43,489 nt of DNA. Source: Myxococcota bacterium (lineage in GTDB: Bacteria; Myxococcota_A; UBA796; GCA-2862545). The position numbers and the translations under genes are program-made. The notes beneath the pieces were generated by a model, which searched no databases, was not told the DNA's origin, and was given only the letters and a program-made list of their open reading frames with translations. Below, in pieces: positions 21,163 through 28,855 of the stretch. The DNA is taken from contig JBEBJC010000001.1 of NCBI GenBank assembly GCA_040080105.1, positions 1-43,489 on the forward strand. Reading direction: 5' to 3'. Position 1 is the first letter of the stretch. Each line of letters begins with the position of its first letter.

Positions 21163-21410
21163 CGCGCGGCGCGCGGCGCCTTCGGCTCGAGCAGGGCCGC
21201 CACCTCGGGGTGGACCTGGTACAGCGTGACCACCGTGCCGAACGTGTTCTTCCACTGGCGGACCCGCTCGCGGCTGACCTCGAACGCCTCCGCGATCACC
21301 TGCCCCGACGCGCCTTCGGCGAGCAGGTCGAGCAGCTCCTTGAACCGGTCGCGCCCGTACCGCTCGATGAAGTTGTGCGCCACCCGTTCGCGACTGCGCG
21401 CTGACCCCAT
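21159..21410 (-). CDS. Small (83 aa) helix-turn-helix protein, sigma-70 region-4-like
   Basis: ATG at 21410 with GGAGG 4 nt upstream. The motif VSRERVRQWKN resembles the sigma region 4.2 / HTH recognition helix. The upstream part of ORF 21159..21719 translates to R/P-rich junk. Confidence 0.5.
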   Translation of the reverse strand: MGSARSRERVAHNFIERYGRDRFKELLDLLAEGASGQVIAEAFEVSRERVRQWKNTFGTVVTLYQVHPEVAALLEPKAPRAAR

Positions 21411-21445
21411 CCAGCCTCCGTCCGACCGCTGTAGTGTGGTGGACG

Positions 21446-21457
21446 TTGACGCGTCAA
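21446..21457. promoter_or_regulatory. Perfect 12-bp palindrome TTGACGCGTCAA upstream of the small HTH gene (possible -35 / operator)
   Basis: Read directly from the sequence. On the minus strand, TTGACG sits about 41 nt upstream of the ATG at 21410. Confidence 0.3.
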
Positions 21458-21696
21458 GGGGGCCGATGAGGGGTAGGCGCGGGCGCGTCGCTCGATCGAG
21501 GGTCGGGACCGGGGAGGTCCGAGGATGACCCGGCGGGGGATCGCTGGACCTGCGGGGAGCAGGCCCGGGAGGAACGCGACGCGCCCGCGCCTCGTCCCTG
21601 GGGCTCTGGGAGCCACACTCGAAACGTAGTGCACCCGCCGCTGCGGTGTAAAGGGGATGCGGATCCTCGGGCGCAGTTTCAGATCGTTTCCAGGGT

Positions 21697-21724
21697 CCGA
21701 GTTGGCATGTCAAGACCAACTCGG
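21697..21724. other. 9-bp perfect inverted repeat (ccgagttgg N10 ccaactcgg)
   Basis: Read directly from the sequence. It lies in the only long intergenic region and has no U-tract on either strand. Confidence 0.5.
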
Positions 21725-21784
21725 TGCCCTACGATCCGCGCTGTGCCTCGGTCTCTTCGGATGCGAGATCTGGAACCAGCGGAA

Positions 21785-21822
21785 TGTAAATAAAATGTCA
21801 AGCCGCCTCGCGGGTGGCGGCT
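21785..21822 (-). terminator. Probable intrinsic terminator after the PpiD-like gene
   Basis: On the minus strand, stem AGCCGCC-(8 nt)-GGCGGCT lies right after the TAG stop, followed by TGACATTTTATTT. The U-tract is not immediately adjacent to the stem. Confidence 0.45.
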
Positions 21823-21825
21823 CCT

Positions 21826-23286
21826 CTATTGGATGGAGGCCTGCGCCTTCATCGCGGCCATCCAATCCGAGTAGAACTCGCTGCGGCGGTACCGGAGCGC
21901 TTCCTCACGAATCGCAGCCTTGTTCGCCTCGTACTCCGACATGTCGGGCTCGGTGCGCTCGCGCAGCTGGGCGACGTAGTACTGGCCGTTCGACTCGAAC
22001 ACCTGCGGCAACACCGACCCGACCGCGGCGGTGCGGGCGGCCTCGAGCAGGTCCTCCGGGGGACCGAAGCCGGACTGGGCGCGGGTCGGGATCGGCCCGG
22101 TGGGGCGCACCATCAGGCCCTTCGACGCGACGAGGTCGGCCGGGGCGGCGCCGGCGGTGGTCCACGCCGGCAGCAGCTCCTTCTCCGCGAAGTCGTGCGC
22201 GAGGGTCGGCATCCGCTCGGCCTTGATCAGGGAGTCGGCGATGGCGTTGCGCACCTCTTCGAGGGTGTCCACGTCCGCCGGCGTGCGCTGCTCGACCTTG
22301 ATCAGCCGGACGTCGCGCTCGGTGGTGACCACCTGGGTGACGGCCCCCGCATCGAGGCCCGCCACCGCGTGCGACACCTCGGTGGGGAGCTGGGACACGG
22401 CCTTCAGCCCGAGATCACCCCCCGCGGCCGCCGAGGCGTCTTCCGACCACCGCTTGGCGAGCTCGGCCATGTCGGCGCCAGCCACGATCTGCTCCCGCAG
22501 CTTGTTCAGGTACGGCACCAGATCGCCCTTCTGCAGCCCCCCCGGCACGACCTGCAGCCGGATCATCCGCAGCTGCACGCGCTCGGGGTGGTTGTACTGC
22601 CGCTCGAAGTCGCGGTCGTACGTCTCCTGCACCAGGGTGCCGTTCTGCTCGAGCCACTGGGTGCGATCGGCGTCGGTGATCGCGACGGCCGACTCGAACG
22701 CGTTCGGGCTCACCCGCACCAGATCGAGGTTCACCGTGGTGCGCGCGTCGAGGAACATCTCCCGCACCGCGGGCTCGGATTGGCTCGCGGCGGTGGCCAT
22801 CAGCCGGCGCAGCTTCTCGACCATCAGCTGCTCGCGCAGGTTCGCCTCGAACTTGTCGCGGGTGTCGCCCTGCTGCTCGAGGAAGTTCTCGTACTTCTCG
22901 AGCGAGAACGCCCCGTCCTTCCCCCGGAGGAACTCGATCTTCAGCAGCTGCTCCGTGACCTCGGTGAACGAGACCTCGAGCCCGAGGCGCTTGGCCTCGG
23001 CGAGCATCACCTGCTCCTCGATCAGGGCCTGCTTCACCTCGTCGGCGAGCGCGGCCTGCTCGACCTCGCTCATCGCCCGCTGGCGCTCGCGCTGGGCGAG
23101 CACCTGGCGGAACCGCCGCTGGTAGTCGGTCTCGAGGATCTTCACCCCGTCGACCTCGACCACCACCGCGCTGCGGTCACCGAACGTGTTCCCGTTCAAC
23201 CCGATGAACGCGAGGATGACCAACAACAACACGACTTGCATCGGGGTCGAATCCGACCCGGACCGCATCCGCTCGAGGATTCCCAT
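21826..23286 (-). CDS. PpiD/SurA-like periplasmic chaperone (membrane-anchored, parvulin-type PPIase region)
   Basis: N-terminal anchor VVLLLVILAFIGL, a SurA_N-like helical region, then a rotamase-like segment (RVQLRMIRLQV...GGDLG). GGAG RBS. Confidence 0.8.
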   Translation of the reverse strand: MGILERMRSGSDSTPMQVVLLLVILAFIGLNGNTFGDRSAVVVEVDGVKILETDYQRRFRQVLAQRERQRAMSEVEQAALADEVKQALIEEQVMLAEAKRLGLEVSFTEVTEQLLKIEFLRGKDGAFSLEKYENFLEQQGDTRDKFEANLREQLMVEKLRRLMATAASQSEPAVREMFLDARTTVNLDLVRVSPNAFESAVAITDADRTQWLEQNGTLVQETYDRDFERQYNHPERVQLRMIRLQVVPGGLQKGDLVPYLNKLREQIVAGADMAELAKRWSEDASAAAGGDLGLKAVSQLPTEVSHAVAGLDAGAVTQVVTTERDVRLIKVEQRTPADVDTLEEVRNAIADSLIKAERMPTLAHDFAEKELLPAWTTAGAAPADLVASKGLMVRPTGPIPTRAQSGFGPPEDLLEAARTAAVGSVLPQVFESNGQYYVAQLRERTEPDMSEYEANKAAIREEALRYRRSEFYSDWMAAMKAQASIQ

Positions 23287-23328
23287 TTGCCGAGCTCCGT
23301 AGGAGGTGGCCCCCCTAACGCGTCCCGG

Positions 23329-24183
23329 TCAGGGGTGGTCCCCCTTCTTCCCGCCGCCGGAGGGGATCCCCTCCCACGTGGCCTTCAGCGTGTCGTAGGT
23401 GAGCTTGTTCCGCTCGTACTTCTTCTTGGCCTGCGGCATCCATTCCTTGAGGTTGGCCTTGCGCTGGTCGTTCGACGGGTGCGTGGACAGGAACACCGGC
23501 ATCGACGCCGGCGAGGCCTTCTCCATCCGCTCCCACAGCTCGATCGACTCCTCGGGCGGGTACCCGGCCTTCGACATGTACATCATGCCGATCACGTCGG
23601 CCTCGGACTCGTGGGCGCGCGAGAACGGCAGCAGGACCGCGAGCTCGGTGCCGATCCCCAGCGCGCCGAGGATCAACACGCGCTGCTTCTGGTCGAGCGT
23701 GGTCTCGTTGGCCATGTACAGCTCGAGGCCCGCGAGGCCCCCGATCATCGTGAGCTGCTGCGACAGGCGCTCGGCGCCGTGATGAGCGGTCGCGTGGCCC
23801 ACCTCGTGCCCCATCACGAACGCCATCCCGGCCTCGTTGCGGAGCACCGGCAGGATCCCGGTGTAGAACGCGATGTACCCGCCGGGCATGCACCACGCGT
23901 TCACCGTCTTGTCGTCGTCGATCAGGGAGAAATCCCACTCGTACTCGGGCTGGTCGGCGACCTTCGAGATCTTCTTCCCGACCTTGACCAGCAGGTCATG
24001 GTCGTCGCCCTGCTTCTGCAGGTCGGCGCCGGACAGGGTGGACGAGTAGCTCGACTTGCCCACGCCGCGCATGATGCTGTCGGGGACGAGGTTGTACTGC
24101 AGGCGCCCGGTGTAGGGGACCTTGTGACAGGCGAACACGAAGGTCGCCGCGACGACGGCAGACGCGACGGTGCGGTTCCACAT
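23329..24183 (-). CDS. M48-family zinc metalloprotease lipoprotein (YcaL/LoiP-like)
   Basis: Start at MWNRTVASAVVAATFVFAC (lipobox, GAGGAGG RBS). HEVGH motif, downstream ESEAD, and the STHPS tail motif typical of M48. Confidence 0.88.
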   Translation of the reverse strand: MWNRTVASAVVAATFVFACHKVPYTGRLQYNLVPDSIMRGVGKSSYSSTLSGADLQKQGDDHDLLVKVGKKISKVADQPEYEWDFSLIDDDKTVNAWCMPGGYIAFYTGILPVLRNEAGMAFVMGHEVGHATAHHGAERLSQQLTMIGGLAGLELYMANETTLDQKQRVLILGALGIGTELAVLLPFSRAHESEADVIGMMYMSKAGYPPEESIELWERMEKASPASMPVFLSTHPSNDQRKANLKEWMPQAKKKYERNKLTYDTLKATWEGIPSGGGKKGDHP

Positions 24184-24334
24184 GGGACGACTCCTCCTCG
24201 CGCGGTCCTCGACCGCTCGGCGCGACTGTAACGCCGTTGCGGCGAGACGCATCCGGCGGTATTGTTCGAAGGTAGCTTCCCAGCTACCCCCCCTGCCCGC
24301 CTGTCCTTCCCCTTACCTCCCCGCGAGCGCTCCC

Positions 24335-25366
24335 ATGTTCTCCACCGTCCTCGGGCTGTTCAGCCAAGACTTGGCCGTGGATCTCGGCACGTCGGTCACG
24401 CGCATCCACCTCCGGAACGCCGGAACCGTGTGTGAGGAGCCCACCGTGGTCGCCCTGCACACCGACCGCGGCGGACGGCGGCGCGTCACCGCGATCGGCG
24501 CGGAGGCGCGCCCGATGCTCGGTCGCACCCCGGACGACATCCAGGCGGTCCAGCCGATCCGCAACGGTCGGGTCGCGGACTTCGAGGTGGCGGAGGCGCT
24601 GCTGCTGCACCTCGTGCGGCGGGTACACGGCCGCAACGGGTGGATGCGCCCGCGGATGGTGGTGGCCGTGCCCCACCACGCGTCCGACATGGAGGTGCGC
24701 GCGGTTCGGGACTCGTGTGAGTCGGCCGGCGCGCGCGAGGTCCAGCTCGTGCCGCGACCGATCGCGGCCGCGCTCGGCGCCCAGCTCCCGATCCACGAGC
24801 CCTCCGGGACCCTGGTGGTCGACGTGGGCGGCGGCTCGACCGAGGTCTCGGTGCTGTCGCTGTCAGGCGTGGTGTCGTGCCACACGGTCGACGGCGGCGG
24901 CGAAGGGATGGACGACGCGATCATCGACTGGCTCCAGCGCGAGCGGCGGCTGCTGGTCGGCCGCCCGACCGCCGAGCGGCTGAAGATCGAGCTCGGGACT
25001 GCTTCACTCGACCACGGCACCCGCGCGAACGCGCTGGTCAAGGGCCGGTGCCTCCGCCGCGGCGTCCCGCGGGCCGAGAGCGTGTCCGCGGTCGACGTGT
25101 ACCAGGCCCTGGTGCCCCACGTCGACGCGATCGCGGCCGCGGTGCGGCGAGCGATCGAGGAGGCGCCGCCCGAGCTCGGCTCGGACATCGTCGATCACGG
25201 CGTGGTGCTCACCGGCGGCGGCGCCCGGCTGGAGGGCCTGGACCGGGCCCTGCGCGACCGCACCGGCCTGCCGGTGGTGTGCGCCGAGAACCCCGAGCGA
25301 GCGGTGATCGCGGGGGTGGGGCGCGTGCTCGACGAGCCAGGGCTGCAGCTCGCGATCGCGTCCTGA
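24335..25366 (+). CDS. mreB: Rod-shape-determining actin homologue MreB
   Basis: By eye it is collinear with E. coli MreB over its full length (LFSQDLAVDLGT, MLGRTPDDIQAVQPIRNGRVADF, VVDVGGGSTEV, VLTGGGARLEGLD). The ATG at 24335 matches the canonical N-terminus. Confidence 0.92.
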   Translation: MFSTVLGLFSQDLAVDLGTSVTRIHLRNAGTVCEEPTVVALHTDRGGRRRVTAIGAEARPMLGRTPDDIQAVQPIRNGRVADFEVAEALLLHLVRRVHGRNGWMRPRMVVAVPHHASDMEVRAVRDSCESAGAREVQLVPRPIAAALGAQLPIHEPSGTLVVDVGGGSTEVSVLSLSGVVSCHTVDGGGEGMDDAIIDWLQRERRLLVGRPTAERLKIELGTASLDHGTRANALVKGRCLRRGVPRAESVSAVDVYQALVPHVDAIAAAVRRAIEEAPPELGSDIVDHGVVLTGGGARLEGLDRALRDRTGLPVVCAENPERAVIAGVGRVLDEPGLQLAIAS

Positions 25367-25412
25367 GCCGAGGTCCCTGGCGAGCCGCCTCGCCCCGCCT
25401 TACACGCCCCCG

Positions 25413-26879
25413 ATGAACCTCGTCCTCGTATCCAGCGAAGTGGCCCCGTTCTCGAAGAGCGGGGGCCTGGGAGACGCGGTGACCGGGATGGCGCGAGCGT
25501 ACGCGCGGGCCGGCCACCGGGTGTTCACCGTGTCGCCGCGGTACCGCGGGGTGGCTCCCCTCGCCGAGCCCACCGGGATCTCGGCGCGGGTGCCGCTCGC
25601 GGCGTGGGAGCAGCGGTGCTCGATCTCGCGCCTGGTCGACGGCGACGTGACCCACCTGTTCGTCGACAACGGGATGTACGACCGCGACGGCCTGTACGGC
25701 GACGTGAACGGCAGCTACGGCGACAACCACATCCGGTTCGCCCTGTTGTGCCAGGCCGCGCTGCACGCCGCGCACCGGCTGCTCGGTGACGAGGAGGTCG
25801 TGTTCCACTGCCACGACTGGCAGACCGCGCTGTTGCCGGCGTACCTCAAGGCGTATTGGCGCCCGGTCGGGTTGCTCGAGCGGTCGGGCACGGTGCTCAC
25901 CCTGCACAACCCCGCGCACCAGGGCCGCCTACCCGGCGCGCAGTTCCTCGATCTCGAGCTCCCGGCGCGGTGGTTCTCCAGCTGGGGGTTCGAGTTCCAC
26001 GGCGATCTCGGGCTGCTCAAGGGCGGCATCCTGCACTCCGACCAGCTCACCACCGTTTCGCCCACCTTCGCGCGGGAGGTGGTGACCCCGGGAGGCGGGT
26101 TCGGGTTGGAGTCGGTCCTGCTCGGCCGCGGGGTCGACCTGATGGGCATCCTCAACGGGATCGACACCGAGGACTGGGATCCGGCGGCCGACGTGCACCT
26201 CGCCGAGCCGTTCGATCTGGAGCTGCCCGACGGGAAAGCAGCGTGTAAGGCGGCGCTGCAGGCGGAGCTCGGGCTGCCGGTCGATCCGACCGTCCCTTTG
26301 GTCGGCTCGGTGGGCCGGCTCGACCCGCAGAAGGGGGTCGAGCTGCTGGTCGACAGCGTGCCGTGGCTCGCCGACAACGACGTGCAGGTGGTGGTCCTCG
26401 GGTCGGCGGCCGCGGCCCACCGGACGTTCGAGCTCCGGCTGCGCGAGCTCGAGCGCACCCACCCGCGCCACGTGCGCGCGTGGATCGGGTACTCCGAGGC
26501 GGTCGCGCACCGGATCATCGCCGGCGCCGACCTGTTCGCGATGCCGTCGCTGTTCGAGCCGTGCGGCCTCACCCAGATGTACGCCCAGCGGTACGGCACC
26601 CCGCCGGTGGTGCGTCGCACCGGCGGGCTCGCGGACTCGGTCGAGGAGTACGACCGCTGGACCCGCAAGGGCACCGGGTTCTTCTTCGAGCGCCCGTCGG
26701 GCAGCGCGTTCCGGGACGCGTTGTGGCGCGGGGTGGACCTGTTCCGCCGGGATCCGGTCGGGTTCGACGCGGTCCGGCGCCGCGGGATGGCGCGCGACTT
26801 CTCGTGGGACCGCGCGATCGGGCTGTACGAGGCGACGTGTGAGCGCGCGCTCGCCCTGCGCTCCAGCCCGGCGGGCTAG
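25413..26879 (+). CDS. glgA: Glycogen (starch) synthase
   Basis: N-terminal SEVAPFSKSGGLGDV-type motif (SEVAPFSKSGGLGDAV), HCHDWQTAL, and the GT-B C-terminal EPCGLTQMYAQRYGT. Confidence 0.93.
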   Translation: MNLVLVSSEVAPFSKSGGLGDAVTGMARAYARAGHRVFTVSPRYRGVAPLAEPTGISARVPLAAWEQRCSISRLVDGDVTHLFVDNGMYDRDGLYGDVNGSYGDNHIRFALLCQAALHAAHRLLGDEEVVFHCHDWQTALLPAYLKAYWRPVGLLERSGTVLTLHNPAHQGRLPGAQFLDLELPARWFSSWGFEFHGDLGLLKGGILHSDQLTTVSPTFAREVVTPGGGFGLESVLLGRGVDLMGILNGIDTEDWDPAADVHLAEPFDLELPDGKAACKAALQAELGLPVDPTVPLVGSVGRLDPQKGVELLVDSVPWLADNDVQVVVLGSAAAAHRTFELRLRELERTHPRHVRAWIGYSEAVAHRIIAGADLFAMPSLFEPCGLTQMYAQRYGTPPVVRRTGGLADSVEEYDRWTRKGTGFFFERPSGSAFRDALWRGVDLFRRDPVGFDAVRRRGMARDFSWDRAIGLYEATCERALALRSSPAG

Positions 26880-26888
26880 GATCGGACG

Positions 26889-27638
26889 ATGGCCGACGAC
26901 CCGCGGATGGTGCTGGTGACGGTGGCGGACCTGCTCGAGCGGGCCGACCGCACGCTCGTGGCGGGGTGGTACAGCGCCGTGAGCGTCGACGCCGAGCGGG
27001 TCCGCGCGTGGCTGCGCGCCCACCGTCTGCCGTTCGTGGACCCGACCCACCCGACCGCCGCGTCGCTCGTCGACGTGGATCAGACCGCGAACAAGCTGGT
27101 GAGCCGTTCGGCGTCGATGTTGTCCGCCCTCGGGGGTGCGGCGGGCCTGGCGGGCGCGGCGACCGTCCCGCCCGAGTGGGTCGCCACCAACGTCGCTGCC
27201 CTCCGCCTCGCCCAGCGCCTGTGCGTGGTGTATGGGTTCGATCCGGCGACCGACCGGGGCCAGATGGCCCTGTGCCGTGCGCTCGCCTCCGGCTACGACG
27301 TGGAGCTCCCCGAGAGCGGCCCGGTGTCGCTGCGCCTGTCCGACCTCCCCCGGCTGTTCCGCACCCCACGGTCGTCGGACGTGAGCGGTCGCCTGGTGCG
27401 GGCGATGGCCACCGGCTCGATGTGGTGGGTCGTGGGGCGGGTGACCCGGTTCGTGCCGGTGCTGAGCGCGTCGAGCCACGCGATCGACGCGCGGCGGCAG
27501 GTCGAGTCCGCGGGCGCGAAGATGAAGGCCGTGCTGCGACGGCTGTCCGACGCGCCGACCGTCGGGGTGGGCGAGCTCGAAGACGCCAGTGAGCTCACCG
27601 AGCGAGCAGCGCCGGGAACGCCTCACCCACCCCGGTGA
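26889..27638 (+). CDS. EcsC-family-like protein (uncertain)
   Basis: A Gly/Ala-rich segment followed by a conserved-looking helix (SALGGAAGLAGAATVP...LRLAQRLCVVYGFDP) resembles EcsC (PF12787) as I remember it. Confidence 0.45.
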   Translation: MADDPRMVLVTVADLLERADRTLVAGWYSAVSVDAERVRAWLRAHRLPFVDPTHPTAASLVDVDQTANKLVSRSASMLSALGGAAGLAGAATVPPEWVATNVAALRLAQRLCVVYGFDPATDRGQMALCRALASGYDVELPESGPVSLRLSDLPRLFRTPRSSDVSGRLVRAMATGSMWWVVGRVTRFVPVLSASSHAIDARRQVESAGAKMKAVLRRLSDAPTVGVGELEDASELTERAAPGTPHPPR

Positions 27639-28236
27639 GCACGAACTGGACGCCGACGGCCGCCAGCAACAGCCCCGAGACCCGCAGGAACACGGCCTTA
27701 CCGGTGGCGCCGAGCGCCCCGTCGATCCGACCCGCCACCCCGAGCACCGCCCACGACAGGCCCGCGGTGCACAGGATGCTCGCGGTCAGCACCACCGACT
27801 GCCACGTCTCGCGCGCGTCCGCGGCGAGCACGATCACGGTGGCGATCGACCCCGGCCCGGCCAACAGCGGCAACGCGAGCGGCACCACCGCGATGTCGTC
27901 CTTCGCCCGGCCCTCGGCGATCTCACCGCCCGAGGTGCGCGTCTCCGGCTCGTGGCTCCGCAGCTGATCGAGCGCGGTGAGCAACAACAACACGCCGCCG
28001 GCCACCTTGAACGCGGGCAGCGACACCCCGAACAGGTGGAACAACGCGGTGCCGCCGAACGCGAACGCGACCAGCACCACCCCCGCGATCAGCGACGCGC
28101 GCCGGGCCATCGACGCGCGGTGACCCTCGTTGTCTCCCGGGGTCATCGCGAGGAAGATCGGCACGACGGCGATCGGATCCACCACGAAGAAGATCGCCGA
28201 GAACGTCGTCAGCGACCACGCGAGCATCGTCGACAC
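27595..28236 (-). CDS. MarC/UPF0056 family integral membrane protein
   Basis: N-terminal FFVVDPIAVVPIFLAMT motif and about six hydrophobic segments in 213 aa. Its 3' end overlaps the convergent gene by 44 nt. Confidence 0.85.
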   Translation of the reverse strand: MSTMLAWSLTTFSAIFFVVDPIAVVPIFLAMTPGDNEGHRASMARRASLIAGVVLVAFAFGGTALFHLFGVSLPAFKVAGGVLLLLTALDQLRSHEPETRTSGGEIAEGRAKDDIAVVPLALPLLAGPGSIATVIVLAADARETWQSVVLTASILCTAGLSWAVLGVAGRIDGALGATGKAVFLRVSGLLLAAVGVQFVLTGVGEAFPALLAR

Positions 28237-28393
28237 GCACCCTCCGCCCCGAGGTCCGTACCACGCCGGACCCTCCGCTCCGAACCCGGGTGCGGCTGGG
28301 GTTCGTGATAGCGTGGCCGGGCGGCTGTAGGGCGCGCATTCTCCGATCGGCGCCTCCGTCCGGAGGCGAGGTGTCGCGGCGCGAGGAGGCGAG

Positions 28394-28855
28394 ATGTGGC
28401 GGACGGTGTGGGTCGTGGTGGCGTTGGCGGGCTGTAAACAGGAGCCGGGGCAGACGGGCGTGTGCTCGACGGACGACTATTGGACCGGCGGCAACGAGGA
28501 GTCGCCGCTGATGCGACCCGGGGGCGACTGCATCACCTGCCACGCGTCCGACGAGGGTCCGAACTTCGCCTCGGCCGGCACCGTGATGGGCGAGTTCGAC
28601 GACGAGGACGACTGCAACGGCGTCGCCGGGGTGACGGTCCGGATCACCGACGCGAACGACGAGGTGTGGGAGTACGTCACCAACGCGGCCGGGAACTTCT
28701 TCACCAACGACGACTTCGCGACGCCGTACGCGGCCGAGGTCGAGTTCGACGGTGTCGTGAGCCAGATGCTCACCGCGCAGACCGACGGGAACTGCGCGGC
28801 CTGCCACACGGCCGAAGGCGCGAACGGTGCACCCGGGCGAATCGTCAGCCCCTGA
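28394..28855 (+). CDS. Di-heme c-type cytochrome lipoprotein with central beta-sandwich-like segment
   Basis: GAGGAGG RBS and lipobox LAGC. Two CxxCH motifs (CITCH at residues 46-50, CAACH at 134-138) flank a carboxypeptidase-regulatory-like stretch (VTVRITDANDEVWEYVTNAAGNFF). Confidence 0.65.
   Translation: MWRTVWVVVALAGCKQEPGQTGVCSTDDYWTGGNEESPLMRPGGDCITCHASDEGPNFASAGTVMGEFDDEDDCNGVAGVTVRITDANDEVWEYVTNAAGNFFTNDDFATPYAAEVEFDGVVSQMLTAQTDGNCAACHTAEGANGAPGRIVSP

Noticed and set aside
21702-21716. TGGCAT... resembling a sigma54 -24 element, and GGCACG at 12296-12301
   Set aside because: Neither has a GC at the required -12 spacing (GG-N10-GC), and their geometry relative to downstream starts is wrong. 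I found no convincing sigma54 promoter by eye in any intergenic region, despite the two EBPs.
21159-21719. 186-aa version of the small HTH ORF
   Set aside because: The N-terminal 103 residues are R/P/S-rich junk with no RBS. The internal ATG at 21410 has a GGAGG and begins the only domain-like part.
21707-21802. 8-mer atgtcaag occurring twice (21707 and 21795), each giving TTGACA on the minus strand
   Set aside because: One 8-mer repeat in about 400 nt is roughly what chance predicts. Neither copy has a plausible -10 at 16-18 nt.
24170-24334. Upstream GTG/ATG starts for mreB
   Set aside because: The extension is not MreB-like and overlaps the divergent M48 start. The ATG at 24335 reproduces the canonical MreB N-terminal length.
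25413-26879. glgA next to mreB as a possible functional pairing
   Set aside because: Both are ordinary housekeeping genes. They are separated by 46 nt with no overlap, so the adjacency is probably incidental.
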